From positions 1 to 55,087 of the forward strand of contig MQRK01254460.1 in the NCBI GenBank assembly GCA_001938485.1: a stretch of 55,087 bases of DNA, written 5' to 3'. This stretch comes from Girardia tigrina (taxonomy: Eukaryota). Below are positions 12,430 through 27,327 of this stretch, piece by piece. Position 1 is the stretch's first letter. The number at the start of each line of letters is the position of its first letter. Under the pieces are notes generated by a model. That model did not search any database, was not told the origin of the DNA, and saw only the letters and a program-made list of their open reading frames with translations. The position numbers and the translations under genes were made by a program.

Positions 12430-13730
12430 TTCTGTTAATCATTTCTCATAACTTTCTGTCTGCAAGCATTTGAATGAAAGAAACTATGTTACATTTCTCC
12501 AAGTTCATCAGTAAATGATTCAAGGTGGTGACCTTTCGAAACAGCACTAATGGATCGGAATTTGCCTTCGCTAGATGCGGTGTAACTTTGACATGGTCCT
12601 CTTGGCAGTGTTTGGTTTGACATTGTAAACGTTCAAAGAGCCTTCAAAGTTTCAACAAACACAAAGCATGATCTTTTTGATAAATCAATCATGACGCGTA
12701 AAGTACAGAAAAGCTTGACTCATTGAAACCCATTGTTTGTTTTGATTTTGATTATTCAGATAAACCCATTTCCCGTCAGAAATCACAATAAATTTCCAAA
12801 AATTGGTCGTTAATTAAAACGTTCTTGGCAAATTTTAACTTTCTTTGTTACTTTGGCTTTAGTTAGAGAAGTGATCATTCAGTTACGGATTTCAAACCTG
12901 TATAATTGTGTTGGCGACATATAGTTACGTTAGGATGGTAATTTATGATGGAAATAAAAAATTCAATTTATTTATTAAATTAATCAATAAGAATTCTAAG
13001 GAAGATAATAATTTAATTTGCCTATATGGGTTTGTCTGTAACTTTCGCATTTTTTTGTTTGGTTTATATGTAAATATTAGTCCTATTTATTTTGGTCGTG
13101 TTTGCGAATACTAGGACAGTAAATTTTTTACTTCCACATCAACAAGCACCAATAGTAATCAGAACAAACGCTCAACCAGTTCGAGTGATACCATACCAAA
13201 TTTTATCGTCATTATATTATATTTCGTCTACTCTTGCTCCGGAACCGGATACCGGACTAATAATCAGTAATTTACAGAATGTCCGAATATTGTGATTCTA
13301 ATATTTACTTTGTTTCTGACTACGGAACCCGTAAGCTAAACTATATGTTAAGATAACTATCCCTGTCCTTTTTCTTTGTGATCCTATTAGCTTATTTTTA
13401 TTTGTGTTTAGAGTTTATTAAATTATATTATTTGATTTTATCATTTTTATCAAAAACGTGAGTTTATTGATTGCTTTAGTTCAATATTAGTAAGCTCACT
13501 TAGGTCTATCACTACAGTGAGCTTGTGTAGATCTTATCGTGGCCTCTTGTAAACACAATTAAGTTGTTGAGGATGACGATGCATTATTGATATACCTGCT
13601 TTGGGTTCAGGTACCAACCGTGAGTACTTGATGATGCTTTGGTTCCTAAAGCGGCTTACAAGTTTCATCGTCTAATTTTGACGGTCGACCAGAACGAGGT
13701 CATGTTTAAGACTCATATCACTAAATTCAA
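12430..13730 (-). mobile_element. Mariner remnant split by an insertion at ~12890-13650
   Basis: Minus strand gives PRSGRPSKLDDE (~13660-13700), FIVISDGKWVYLNN (~12755-12795) and KKIMLCVC*NFEG (~12640-12680). Confidence 0.6.
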
Positions 13731-15237
13731 ATTGCTATTGTTTTATCTTTTATAAACATTATCTTTTATAAACATTAATGCAAGTGATATAAAAACAATG
13801 ATTTTATGGAAGAATTCGTTTTTTTCAACCTAAGTATTATTTTGTACCATGTTTACGGATTAAGATTTTTCTGTTTGTCACAGTCAATTTGTTCTACCAA
13901 TTTGTGTCCATTTGGTAATTGATTTATTAAAAAAGAACGAAGAAACTTTTATTAAAGAAATCCTACATAAGAAAAAGTTCTAATCGTTTTCTTTAAATCG
14001 AACATATTATTTTCTTAGTACTTTGTCTCACATTTTTATTGTAAATATTGTTTATGTTTCGGATTGCCTAAACGTGTTAAAGGATTAAAAGATGTAGAGT
14101 ATGCCTCTTTTCCTCTTTGTTTTAATTTAATTCGGTTGTTTCGAGCTAGAAACAATCTACATAATCATGTATAAAGTTCATTTGTATAATTGTGAATTTG
14201 TATAAATATGAATCAGTAAGTAAATATAAAAAATGACACAGAGTTATTTTTCAATCCAATTTTTAATTAGATTCTTGTATATGAATATTTAATCAAAATA
14301 GTTTACTTGTAAATCACAATAACTTACTAATATTCTTGAAGTACTTAATAGGAACTATAACTAAATGATGAATTTATTATTTAACTGTAAATTATTTACA
14401 TTTTGTTTGATAGTTACATTTCAAAACTTTGATAAAAAAACTTTGAACTTCTTAAAGCAGTTTTTTAGTAATCTTATGTATTGCTTGTAAAAGACTTCTA
14501 TTCTAAATATTATATTTATTATAAAAATATATTTAATTTATATTTCAATTTTATGTCAATCTTCAAAATGTAGAATGCTACAATCTTTTCCTTTTTTAAA
14601 ATAAAACAAAATAATAAAACTAAAATTGAATTCCATTAATCCGATTTTGGGTCGTAAAATGGGAGGTTTGTTATTTTATATTTTATTTGTTATATTTTAT
14701 TTTGATTGTTACATTTTTATCATATTAAAAAAATAAATCTTGAATAATTTGGACAATTTCAAAATATGGTGGAAAATTATTTCTTATTAGTTTGGTTTAT
14801 AAAAGAAAACGGATATTTGGGAATTTTGAGTAATATGCCTTTTTATTTTCTTCGAAAAAAACCGAAATTAATTCAAAATCTACGGTTAATCGAGTATCTG
14901 TTGTATTTTAATTTTATAACTTTATTCGTTCAAATTATATTTGCATTTTGTTATTCTTTTAAAATATTTATTATTAAAAAACTAGTAAATCGAAAACAAT
15001 TTTATATTCATTCTTTATACAAACAAAATTTTAATTAATATTTTCAAAAAAACAATAAAAATTTAAAAAAATTGTTGGCCAAGCAGAGTTCCACCCCCAT
15101 AAAGCATGGATATAAAAAATATTTGTTTGATTTACTCTTAAGATTTTAAATCGGTTTACTTAACTTTATATATTTTTAAGTTTATTTTTTGAGTAATATA
15201 AATAACTTATAATTTATAAGTAGAACGTTTTACGCTA

Positions 15238-15375
15238 ATATTGTTCAGGAACTCCGATGGGACCGTTTTGTTCCAATTTTGATACCTTGAAAAGCTTTTG
15301 TGATCAAAATTTCACATTATCATTTATTGTCATCAAAAATGAGTAAATGTGCAAGGTTTGAAGGCAAATTAGTCG
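15238..15375 (+). repeat. Dispersed repeat, copy 2 (see 8295-8430)
   Basis: Direct similarity seen by eye. Confidence 0.65.
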
Positions 15376-15805
15376 ACTAAAAAGCCTTGAAAAATAACTT
15401 TATAAATTCTATATATTTAAATATATATATATATATATATGAAACCTCATATCATGAAACCTCATTACCCCTGGATGTTTCAACCAATTTTGATTACATT
15501 TTTAATGATCTTAAATGTTTCAAGTAATAAACAGTAATTTAGACTTAAAATAATTGGGAAGAAAATGTATTAACTAAGAAATTTTCTATATTGAAAAATC
15601 TGCAAACTCTTGCTAATCAATACATTATGGGACCTAAAAATGTGTTTCAAGCGGACTAACAAATTTGAAAGGATTAAAGAATGTTGAAAAAGTCGATCAT
15701 TCAACATCCCTTAATCTCGTCAAAGTCGATAATCTGCTATTCGATAATTTGCTAAAATTTTTTCTTCACAATTAATGTGATATTAAATTAATCAAATGCA
15801 ATTAC

Positions 15806-15885
15806 ATATATATATAAATATATATATATATATATNNNNNNNNNNNNNNNNNNNNNNNNNNNNNNNNNNNNNNNNNNNNNNNNNN

Positions 15886-15932
<47 letters not shown>
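15806..15932. repeat. (TA)n microsatellite spanning an N gap
   Basis: Seen directly. Confidence 0.9.
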
Positions 15933-15934
<2 letters not shown>

Positions 15935-16965
15935 TTAGGTGTGATAAGTTCAAGAACGTACGTTTTTTTCAAGAACACCTAAAAAATCTTTGACCTTCTA
16001 CAATCGACATATCTGAACTATTCTCTATCGCTGACAATAGCGAAAAACTAGATTTGAGAGTCTTAAGGCAAAAGCACCTTCTGTATTGACGAAAAAGAGC
16101 TATCTGACATACATTTTTACTCTGCAAATAAAAATTATAGAAATACGTACACGCTTTGACCTTTATTATCTTTACAAAGAAAATTTTGCTCTGGATCTGT
16201 TTTGTCTGAAATAACTTCTAAGACACAATATAACCAAATGAAAATCTTTCAAAACTACTTGGATTTTTGTATCATAAGGGTTGACTTCATTTGTAAATTT
16301 AAAATCGGAGAATTAAACCTACATAAAGTATGTACTTGTATGATACCAAAAGAGAGTCATCAGAATGAAAAATATGTGGAGAAAAACCGTACCTGAAACT
16401 GCAAATTGTATAATCTTTAGACGGGTAATGATGTTCTCCTTGTTCGGCGACTAAAAGAACACCAATTACTTATTAGGATAAAAGCATCATAATTAAAAAT
16501 ACTAATTACAGCGACAAAGTCTAGCTCTTAAAACAATTCAAGAAGCAGTTACGAAAAAAACGGTGTTGAATCGACGACTTCACGATTGCTGTGAATTTAA
16601 TCTTTGAAAATTGGCCTCCATGTTTCATGAATTTGTGGATTACTGGAAGGAAAATAATAAATAGAAATATGAATTTTATAGAAAAGAACAGCTATTTATG
16701 TTCAAACTTTTGTGTTATAAGGATAACACATTTCTGATTCATGTCGGGTGTCCTTCGAAGACACCAAGAATATGGTAGGCATAAATCTCAAATCATTTTG
16801 ATAAAAATATAATTTATTGATTTATAAAATATTAAAAGAACTTACATCAGATTTCTAGTTGGTTATTAATAATTTCATTGTTTATTATAAATAATACAAA
16901 TCTAATCAATAAATGTAATTAACAATCTTTAGGTTGCCAAAGTATTTAATAACATTTTATTTTAG

Positions 16966-17369
16966 ATCTTTTGGAATAGTTAAAACTATATCTCCGTCTC
17001 GTAAATGGGAAAATAAAGACAGAACAGAAGAGATATTAAATTTTTACAATACAAGTATGTCGGTTCGACGAGCAGGAGTTATTATTGCTTTTCGAAGTAC
17101 GGGATCATGTGTCATGATCAAGGAAGTTGTCATTTACTATCTAAGTTGTAAAAGAAAAGTCGTAAATTTTGCTTCTTTTCCAAGAACAGCAGTCGCTTTT
17201 CAAACCAGATTTGTTGTGGGTGAATGTGTTGACGGAGCAGTAAATACAAAAAATATGAAAAATGTTGACCAATGTGATATTGATGGTAATTGGAAAAATG
17301 AAAATATGAAATATATTTGCGAATGTGACGCAGGAATGGAAGGAAACAAAAACAAAACCGAATGTCAAA
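16966..17369 (+). CDS. Eph: Eph receptor exon: rest of the LBD plus Cys-rich (sushi-like) region
   Basis: tttag|A completes codon AAA; GVIIAFRSTGSCVMIKEVVIYYLSC...NFASFPRT...VVGECV...CDIDGNW...CECDAG...CQ; A|gtaaac, phase 1. Confidence 0.95.
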
Positions 17370-17884
17370 GTAAACTAAATATATCATTTTAATAAAACAT
17401 ATATTGAGTTATTATTAAACATTTTCATGTTCTACAAGTGCCTACTTGCAAAATAATTGTGTTTGGAATATGAAATTAAATTCTTCTTTATACTTCGTTA
17501 TTATTTATATTTATATCTCGAAATATTCTCCTTCTCTTCTTGTCTAAAGACAGTCAATCATGTTCGAATTGATCGTTTTGAAAACGTTAATTATAAAATG
17601 AATATCAAATTTTTGAGACGATTTGCTCGCACTTATTGGTCAACCAATTAGAGCCAAATAGATATTAAATGATCAATAAATCACTTTTTACTGTTTTAAT
17701 TTTTGGATTTGTCAACCTATTTTTAATCGAGTCGAATATTAAATGAATATTTTGATTATTAACAAAAAAAATTATTATAGAAGTGTTTTAAACGACTTTA
17801 ATTGTTACGAAATTTGAGACTAACTGAAGCATTTCGAAAAGAATTTTGATTTTAATTTTCTTGAACCGAACTACAACATTATTA

Positions 17885-19043
17885 TTAGGTTATTGCTAAA
17901 AGAATACAGGTTTTTGATTTTTTTGTATTCACCGCAATGCTATACGACGAAAGCATGTATAATGTGATGAGTCATTCGAAGGCTTAATTTATATTCTTTC
18001 AGATATATTTGTCTAAAACTTATTATAATGTTTCTTTGTTAATAATTTCGATTTTAATTGCTGATATCATAACGTGATTTTCGCAACATTTAATACTACG
18101 AGTTCAAGCTAGGGCGTAATGCCGCTCAAACCGCTCGAAATATCAACGAAGTTTGGGGCAAGGGAAGTGTCAACGAATGCATAGTGCAGCGTTTGAATCA
18201 AAAGTTTCGTTCTGACAATACCAGTCTAAAAGATGAGACTCATGGCTGCCGCCTCATCGACGATTGACAACAATGAATTGAAGGAGCTGGTGGAAACCGA
18301 TCCACGCACAACTTATCGAGCATTCGCAGAAGAGCTTAACGTTGATGCCACAACCGTCGCTCGGCACTTGAAGCAAATTGGAAAGTTTAAAAAGCTGGAT
18401 AAATGGGTGCTTCACGTATTGAATGAAAGTCAAAAAAATCGTCGCTTTGAGTTGTCTTCCACACTTCTTCTGTGCAACAAGAAAGACCCGTTTCTCAATC
18501 GGATTGTAATGTGTCATGAGAAGGGTATTCTCTATGACAATTGACAACGTTCGGTACAATGATTGGATCGTGATGAAGCTCCTCACCACTTTTCAAAACA
18601 AAAACTCAATTAAAGGAAGATTTTGGTGACTGTTTGGTTTTCTTCAGCCAGTCTCATCCATCACAGCTTTCTGAATATGGATGAAACGATCACCGCAGAG
18701 AAGTACTTCAAACAAATTGACAAAATTCATCACGAGTTCCGACATATGTGACTGAGATTGATCAATTTGAAGAGGCCAATTGTATCAGTGACAATCGCAA
18801 AACCGACCCTACAAAATCTAAACGAATTGGTCTACGAAACTTTACCTTTCGCCCACCGACTGCCCTTTTTTCAGGCATATGGAAAAATGCTTCAAAAATC
18901 ATGATGACGCCAAAGACGCCCGTAACGCTTTTATCGCATCCAGAACTCAGGAGTTCTACACTAAGGGCATCAATAAACTTGTTTCTCGTTGGCAAGTTTC
19001 TCGTTTAGGTTGAAAAACCCGCATTGCTTTTGCAACAACCTAA
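17885..19043 (+). mobile_element. Mariner transposon with both TIRs, degraded and internally deleted
   Basis: TTAGGTTATTGCTAAAAG / CTTTTGCAACAACCTAA; YEFKLGRNAAQTARNI, KKLDKWVLH, FLNRIVMCHEKGILYDN. Confidence 0.9.
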
Positions 19044-19401
19044 CAACAATTAACTTAAAATCAACTCTGAATGAACCGAAAAAACAACACCGTGACTCTA
19101 CTTCCACCGGTCAGTTTCTAGGAAAACGTAGAGTTCCTCCTACTACAAATCCTGCGAGCGTATATTTTTGCGTCCTTTTTTAAATTAGTTTCCTACTTAA
19201 CACAATATTTCCTGTATTACATGAAAAAAAACAAAAGTTTTAAATCTCAAATTAGTCTTTACCGAAATACGATTTTACATGACGATAAATGTCGCCCCTT
19301 CAGGTTATTGCATGTATTTCCAATAAAGCCATACATAAATGGAATATGATATCTTAAAACATGAAAGATACTTATATAACATCTTGAAATTATCAATTCT
19401 A

Positions 19402-19888
19402 ACGGATAACATGAAATAGTAGGACACCTACTATTTTAATAGTAGGTGGAAAAAAAATTGAAAAGGCGCCCAATATTGGTTTACACCTACTATTTGGTGC
19501 TTTTGTTTTGAANNNNNNNNNNNNNNNNNNNNNNNNNNNNNNNNNNNNNNNNNNNNNNNNNNNNNNNNNNNNNNNNNNNNNNNNNNNNNNNNNNNNNNNN
19601 NNNNNNNNNNNNNNNNNNNNNNNNNNNNNNNNNNNNNNNNNNNNNNNNNNNNNNNNNNNNNNNNNNNNNNNNNNNNNNNNNNNNNNNNNNNNNNNNNNNN
19701 NNNNNNNNNNNNNNNNNNNNNNNTCGACCTTCGAATGTTATTAATGGACAATTCATCCCATGCGCGACTGACCCAAGAATTCACAATATCCTGCGCGGGT
19801 CGCCTAGGATTACCACCTCTCGTGTATTGAACCAAATCGGAGCGATACACCTACTATTTGATTCCACCTACTATTTGATGTTATCCGT
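19402..19888 (-). mobile_element. pogo-family element with TIRs, interior in an N gap
   Basis: TA|ACGGATAACATGAAATAGTAGG ... CCTACTATTTGATGTTATCCGT|TA; minus frame TRGGNPRRP...WVSRAWDELS (DDE_1 C-terminus). Confidence 0.8.
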
Positions 19889-20670
19889 TAATATCACATT
19901 TACATATTTTCTTGTATTTCGAAATATTACTTTGCATCTCTTCAAAACCCCTGAAGTCGTCTACAATACATGGTTGACACTTTAATTTATTATTAACATT
20001 ATATTCATTACATTTATATTCATATAAAATGCCAATACAGGGTTAAAGGTGTAATATATTTATTACTTATATATTTTCAGATATCATTTTAAAATTTTAT
20101 CATTATAATTTTTATAATATTCCATCTGTTAAACATTTTCATACTATTAAGCTTCTAGAAAAGTAATTAAATTTCAAAACAGAATCCGGATTTCAACAAT
20201 TATAAATATTGTTTGAAAGAAAATATCTTTTACCAAAGAAATGTTATTATTTCTGTTCCAAAACGGATTTTTCTTCTCAATTAAAGAACTCAATCGATAT
20301 CAATTCCTAGTTGCATTCCACTTTATATATAAATGATATTTTTTGTTAATTTATGTTTACTTTCTCTGTATCTTCATTTTGTACGTTCTGACAATATATA
20401 AAATATATAATATTATATATAATATTAAAGATACATAAAGGAAGATGATGTGGGCGTAATAAGGTTAGGAATGTCTCTAAGGCATGCTAATTTACTCCTG
20501 TTATTTTGGTTAAAAATATATGAAATATAATTCAAAATGTACGAATTAAAAGAAAAAAAAACATTTCAATATTTTATATTAAATTAATTTTTAAAATTAA
20601 TATTACAAATAAATATTATTACTAATAATGTCAAATTACTTATTACGTATTAAAATTATTTATATTTTAG

Positions 20671-20823
20671 GATGCAAGTATAATTATTATAAACCGTTTC
20701 CCGGGTTCTCAAAGTGTAAACTTTGTCCGAAGAATACACAAAACCATATTGATTCGAAAAGTTGCGTTTGTACAACCGGATTTTATGAAATTCCACGCAA
20801 AGACAAACAGATTTATTGTAAAA
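20671..20823 (+). CDS. Eph: Eph receptor exon: EGF-like Cys-rich region
   Basis: tttag|GA; RCKYNYYKPFPGFSKCKLCPKNT...SCVCTTGFY...YCK; A|gtaaat; phase 1-1. Confidence 0.95.
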
Positions 20824-21389
20824 GTAAATGATTATGTTAATCTAAATAAATAAATAAACTTAAAAAAATATTCAGTAAAGTAGTCTGACGAATTAAGCAT
20901 TTCTGTAGAGCTCTTATTGAATTGAGTCATTTTTCTTTTGATAGAACATAAATGTTGATCTTAAGAACAAACTTTGACAGTAAAATTTTATTGTGTGAAG
21001 AAAATTTATAAAAGTGTATTTCGATTTTATTTATATTTTTTAAAAAAAACTATATTCCTTTTCAAGTCTATTTGAACACGTCACGAAATGTTGAGTGTTG
21101 GATTCTCCTGTTTTGATATTTCTAGAATATTATTTATTTGGCATTTTTATTGAGATAATTTAAGATTTTAAAACATTTGATAATTAAATAATTAAATTAT
21201 TAAGAAGACAATTAAAAAATTCATTTAATATTGCAAAAAAATCAGTTCAAATTACATTAAAAATTTTGGAACTTTACTATAATATACAAATTATAAGTAT
21301 AAGAACAATTTATAAAATACGGTTATTTATATATAAGTATAAACTATTTCTATTATGGACAGTGATTTAAATTTAACTAATAAACAAAC

Positions 21390-21900
21390 TTTTTTAAGGC
21401 CATCCCATTTCTCGTTAATTCTCCCTAAATAATAAGCCTCCCTGATTGAATGCATAAGTGAGTTTTGTAGAGACTACAGTACCAGGATAGTGAGTCATAG
21501 ACTCTGTTTATTATATAAGTAATAAATAGACAATACAGAACCTACTGACTTTCTCGCATGGCTTTAGATGCACGAATTTAGCATTCAGTGCACGGACACG
21601 ATCTGGTTTCCCAGTCAGAATAATTTTCCAACTTTTCAAAATCTTTATAACCATGTTTCTTTTTGATAATAAATTTATTAATTTTAATTTTGTTTCTTTT
21701 AAATACTTGACCGCAGTTTTGTCTTTAGTGTGCTGATAGATACTCTCATCACTAAACATCCCTTTTCACCATCTCCCAGTCTTTTTACAGTTTTACAAAA
21801 TTTAAATAATTAGGAACACCAACAAACATCACATTACTTAATTTCGCTTGAGACTTATTCTAAACTTTTGAATAGCCCATGTAAAATAATGTTTCACAAA
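21390..21900 (-). mobile_element. Tc1-like transposase remnant
   Basis: MFSDES motif (ORF 21511-21759), heavily decayed. Confidence 0.4.
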
Positions 21901-22144
21901 ATTTTGTCGAAGCCGTTGCTGATAATATGTGTTACTTAACACATTTTTTACTCATTAACTAAACATGAATACTATGTTGCTATATTAATATAACATATTT
22001 ATATTTATAGTAATTATTTACATTTTTTTTCAATGTGCAATTTCAGAGACACAGTGTGAATGAATAAATGAAAGATGATCCAACATTCCTACTACTTATA
22101 CGGTTGAAGGCATTCCCTAAAACAATTAAAATAGATTAAAAGTT

Positions 22145-22900
22145 AATTCTTTTCTTTTGGACCTTAGCCGTTTGGCCATGGAGACACCACATTATGCACA
22201 GGCTCTCTATTTGTAACTGCTAATCTCAAATCTTAAATAATCTCCATATTGTCTTTCTGGTCTTCCTCTTAGTCCCTCTCCTTCTACATTTCTTTAAAAT
22301 ATGATATTTGCTTGCGCTTGTTTCTTATCTAATGTTCTTAGAATTTTAGCTTTCTTTTCTTGATGAACTCATCTATTTATTCTGATCTTTCACCTAATAT
22401 TTATGTCACTCAATTCCAGACAAAGTTGTTTGTTCTCTTTTCGTTATACAAAAGCTTCCAAATTCTCCTGTAGTACTTATTTTCAAAAGCTTTAAGTTTA
22501 GACGTGCTATTTTGATTTAGTGCCCAACTCTAATTCTGCTCTTGAGATTGATTTCATTCAGGTTAAAAACTGTACTAAGTATAATTATAGGGCTTGTTGC
22601 AATATCAATCCTGGTTTGGATTTCTTCTACCATTCCTCCATTCTCAGTGATAATAGAGTTTAGCTATTTTAAACTCTTAACTTGTTGAAGCTTCTAAGTT
22701 TGTTGTTTGTAGATCGTAGGTTTTTAGTTCTCAAACTTCACAGTTTATGCCAACTTCTCTCAAGGAAAAAGTTAAAGAGCTTTGGTGAAAGAATGTAATC
22801 TTGTCTAACTCATATTGACGATTTAAATAAGTCGCGAAATTCATCGCTTGTCTTTACGTCTTCGTAAATATTCTTGAAAAATTCTTGTAATGTGTTTTCC
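22145..22900 (-). mobile_element. RTE-like non-LTR retrotransposon 3' remnant
   Basis: Minus frame NVEGEGLRGRPERQYG (RTE C-terminal GxRxRGRP motif) followed by an AAAAG-type tail. Confidence 0.5.
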
Positions 22901-24539
22901 AATGTTGGGCTTATTCTAAGTCTACCAGAAAACTTCAAACGAAACCCTTTCAAAAGCTTTTGTAAATTAAAATTTACTATTAAAAGTACTTTGTACTTAC
23001 TGTGGAAATGTATGTAATTGTCCCATCATTTCGTCATTTATATTTTTTAATTGGGGGAAATCCCCATAATTTTCATCCATTGTAAATTTAATTCCCATTG
23101 TAAAAGATTAATAAAATTCTTGAAAAAAATCAAGAGATTTTAACTTATTTTTGATCACTTAAGAATTCCGCAACTTGATCTTCACCTTGGCAGAGATTAT
23201 TAAGGACCGTCGTTTTCGTGGTCTGTGATTTAGAAGGGAAGCTGCTTGTTGTTTGACATTTTATCTCCCACAAACCTTGTCCTCTCTTAATCGGAATTCT
23301 TTTCTTTTTTTGTTAATTGAGTGATAAGTTAAAAATATTGTTTTGATAAATAATTACAAATCGAATATTTATTAATTATTTATAAACCATACTTCATAAC
23401 GCAAAAGATATAATTAAAAACCGATGATTTAAAAAAAACATATAATTATCTTTCTTTTGTAAGATAATAAAGTAATAAAGAAAATAAGATTAAATTAATT
23501 GTAACTTTTATTCCCAGAAATGTTTATTTTCTATCTGATTATTTATAATAGATTTTAAAATCGGTTAAGATATTTTAAAATTAACTTCCGATTTTGCCTC
23601 CGATATTTTCCGATAAATTGAGATTTGATAATTTTTGTTTCAATGAAGATGTTTTATTTTAGATAAAAAAATCTTTCCTTTTTTCATATTTATTCTTTTC
23701 TTTTTAATTAAGAACACTATATGTTTAAAATTATATTTTTATTTAAAAATCAAAAAAAATATAAAAGTTGAATTAAAATTTATTAATTCTTTTTTTTTTG
23801 ATTTTAATGAATAATTTAATTATAGTAATAAATAATATTTTTTCATTAATCAATAATAATTTATATTTCACAAGATGTTTTAAAATATTTTTAATAGAAA
23901 TATTTATACAGAAAAAGAAAAATATAAAAATTTTTTTAATTAATTTAGAAATTTTATTTAAGAAATGTCAAATTGAAAATTGAATATTTAAAACTGAAAA
24001 TATTGAAAATATTTTAATTAAACTTAGTAATTATAGTTAGAGTAAAATTCCTATGTTATAATAATATTTATTACATTTAAAATTTACATATATCTGTATG
24101 ATGTATATATCTTCAAGTAAAAGAAGGAAAAATTTTAATTAATAATGACAAAATTTGATGTGATTACGATTTTTGAGTAAATTTATTGAATTTATATAAT
24201 ATTTATAAATAAAATTTAAGTATCAATTCTATGGCGTCCTACCTAAATATAATTCATATTTGTCCAATTTATCATCGGTAGTTCTCGTATCTTTTCATGA
24301 AAAATAATTTTTCAAGTACACATAAGATTTTCCAAGTTGAAACTTTAAATTAACTTTTTCTATACTAAAGCAGTCAAAAAAGTATTGAAAGAGAACTATT
24401 TAATTTATCATATAAAAGATATTTTATAATACAACAATTATCCGATCTTCTTATAATAAGATGATCATTATGTATCATTGACTCTGATATTGATCATGCC
24501 TGTTAAAACCTAGATATAATTACAAGCATATTTTCAAAA

Positions 24540-25880
24540 TTCGGGTTGACTAAACTAAATTGTATCTAAGACGAAAGTCATGTGACTAATTGATGTGTGA
24601 CAAGTGATATGTGGTAACAAAGTCATAGAATGGTTGAGTGAGTTCTGTTACCTCAGCAGTATATTGACCACATGTGGTAGCTGCAGTCGGGATATCAGTC
24701 AGCGGTTGCATTGTAGAATGATGAAGTTATGAAAACTGTAACCAGTAATTCAAAGTAACTGAGATCTTATAACGATGTAAGGAAGACTAATCGAATCAAG
24801 CATTTTTCCGGTAGTGAATTAATAGAGGGAGTGTTACGCCACATCTGAAAAAGAGGTTACCCGGCCACAATCTTATTATAATACCTGCAAATGCACTGAT
24901 CTGGGTTAAACTAAACTTGACAGAATACATAATACAGATACGTCAATTAGTTTGACCGAGGTGTGTGTGTCCTGGTGAAACGGTGTATTGTATTCTTTGA
25001 TTACAATAGTCGGAAAGGTATACGTGAAGTAAAAATAGTATTAAACTCTGAAATTGCCTCAGGAAATCGAAAAATCAGCGGCCGTAAAAAGCAGTTGATG
25101 CGAGAAAAAGAGAAAAGAGTACATAAAGTGATTATCAAAAGAGTGCAATGCACATATCCTTTTTGTTTCAAAGCTTTTATAGAGCAGTAGGAATTAAAAA
25201 GAATAATAAAAAACATTCATACGGTATCGACACCGTAGTGTTAGAATTGTGACAAAACATTCAAATATCCCATGGAAAATGGTCGCAAGACCTATAACAC
25301 GAATTGATGGTTAAAGCGACATTTATTGATCAATTACCGTACCCAAGACAGTACCAGTGCTAATAGCGTTTCACAAAATAAAGTAGATGAAGAATTTATA
25401 ATCTTCAAACCAGATCGCAATACATAATGTATCATAGCCTCTTGACGGTACCTCAGAGACGAACTAAGGAGTGATTCCAAAGTTGGTTCTCGACTTTTGG
25501 TTAAGTCATATAACTGATGTGGGGAGATTTCGGTGTCCCTTTCTTCATTGTACGAAATTCGTTTACACAGCCGAAGCTCTAAAGAATTATGGTACGAATG
25601 ATCATGACTGTTCCTTTCTGACTGTGAGACCAAAGTGTGCCAATGCATTGTAGATCGAATCATTGTATCTCAAGCCGTGCAAGAAAGTCATTAAGCTCTG
25701 CATTAGTCTATTTATGGTTTCTATCCGATACTGAATATATGACACAGTACTTTGTACGCCTATGCTAGCATTATAGTCTCTATGATACTAAGTTATCCGT
25801 CCGGTCGGAGAAGGTTTATTATGTAGTCTTACGCAACCAATCCTTCCGTAACTTTGTGTCTTTCTTCGACTTTGTAACAA
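24540..25880 (-). mobile_element. Degraded LINE (APE endonuclease/RT) remnant
   Basis: Higher-GC block; minus frame RDYNASIG (cf. GDFNAxIG) near 25770-25790; many stops. Confidence 0.35.
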
Positions 25881-27327
25881 TTACAATTATTGTTGTGCTT
25901 ATTTTTAATCAGCATCCAAAATAACATCTCCTTTGGTTTCTATTCTTTCATTTTTTGTTGTGTTTATGCTGCGTTTACATACTATAAAAAGCTCACTTTA
26001 TGAATCAACAGCAAAATAGGTAAATAATATTTTTTCACAATGTTAGATCTTAGACTTATGGTTTATTTTTAATGTGTAACTGATCATGTTACGTTTATGT
26101 TAATTGTCCTAAGAGGGAGTACCGGAATATATGTTTTTTGATTTTAGATAGTATTGTGTCATTATTTCAAGCTTAAATATCATGTCGAAATCTTTTCGAA
26201 AAATATCATTTCATTACCAATAAATATATAACAAATAACATATTTTTCTTAATAAAACGTTTTCTAAAATGGCTTTTGAATTATCGTATTTTGTCGCATA
26301 TAACCAACATAATCTTTCCTCGCCAGGGGCATTCGCATTAGATCAAATCTCACATTACCCTTTGGTTATCATCGTGAAATGTTAGTTAGGATACCCTGTC
26401 CACTTATATCCTGCTAGTTGCGTGAGACGTAAATAAAATTACATATATCACGCATGCTATACGGTATTTGAGAAGATGGTTAGAATGATAAATATAAAAG
26501 AAAATGTAAAGATGTATGGAATACAAATAAATAAAATGAAAAGTTAACTATGATTAATAATATATCTAAACAATGTTTTAAAAATGTTACAATTTTTTTA
26601 ATTGGATATATTCAAAACTCATCACGAAATTCATTTTGTTTTGGTTTAATCATTATTTATGAAGAAATATTTTTTTGGATGAGCGTAAACAAAATTGGTC
26701 ATTAATTATTTATTCGAATTTAAATTCAATTTTGCATATATTATAAAACAACTTGTCTTTTATTTACGATAAACTTAGAGATATGTGTACAGAATTTCAG
26801 TTTAATTTATTTATTTATTTTCTAAATGCTACTTGTCTAAAATTGGATAAACGTATATACTTTCCTCTACTCCAAGAATATTTTTTTAAATTAATAATGA
26901 AAATGATTTATACTTCCAAATCCCTATGCACTTCATCGAAAACATATGTTCTTCGTTATCAGGATAATGGGTTTTCAATGAAATGGAGAAGGGTTCCATT
27001 CCAACTTATCCACTTTGTGTTTGACAATCAAGCTAAATAATTGTATTAAATTTCTGTTCGAAAAGATATTTCATATAATCTTTTGTCGTGTTTTTCATAT
27101 TTTATAGTAAACATTTTAATTTATCTCAGCCGAAATATGTTTTAATAATTTTTATACAGTTCCAAAAATAATAAAAAATAAATTCTTTTAAATGTCAAAT
27201 ATAATTTTTTTGTTTTTTTTTCAATTTTATATTTTTCCATTTTTTTAATAAACTTTATGAATTTTATATTATGAAAAAACATTTAATTATCGTTTGTTTT
27301 TATTATTAAAATCTTTGTTATTATTAT

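Noticed and set aside
19431-19850. ORFs running through N runs (also 41442-41774, 42266-42475 and 49037-49339)
   Set aside because: Gap artefacts
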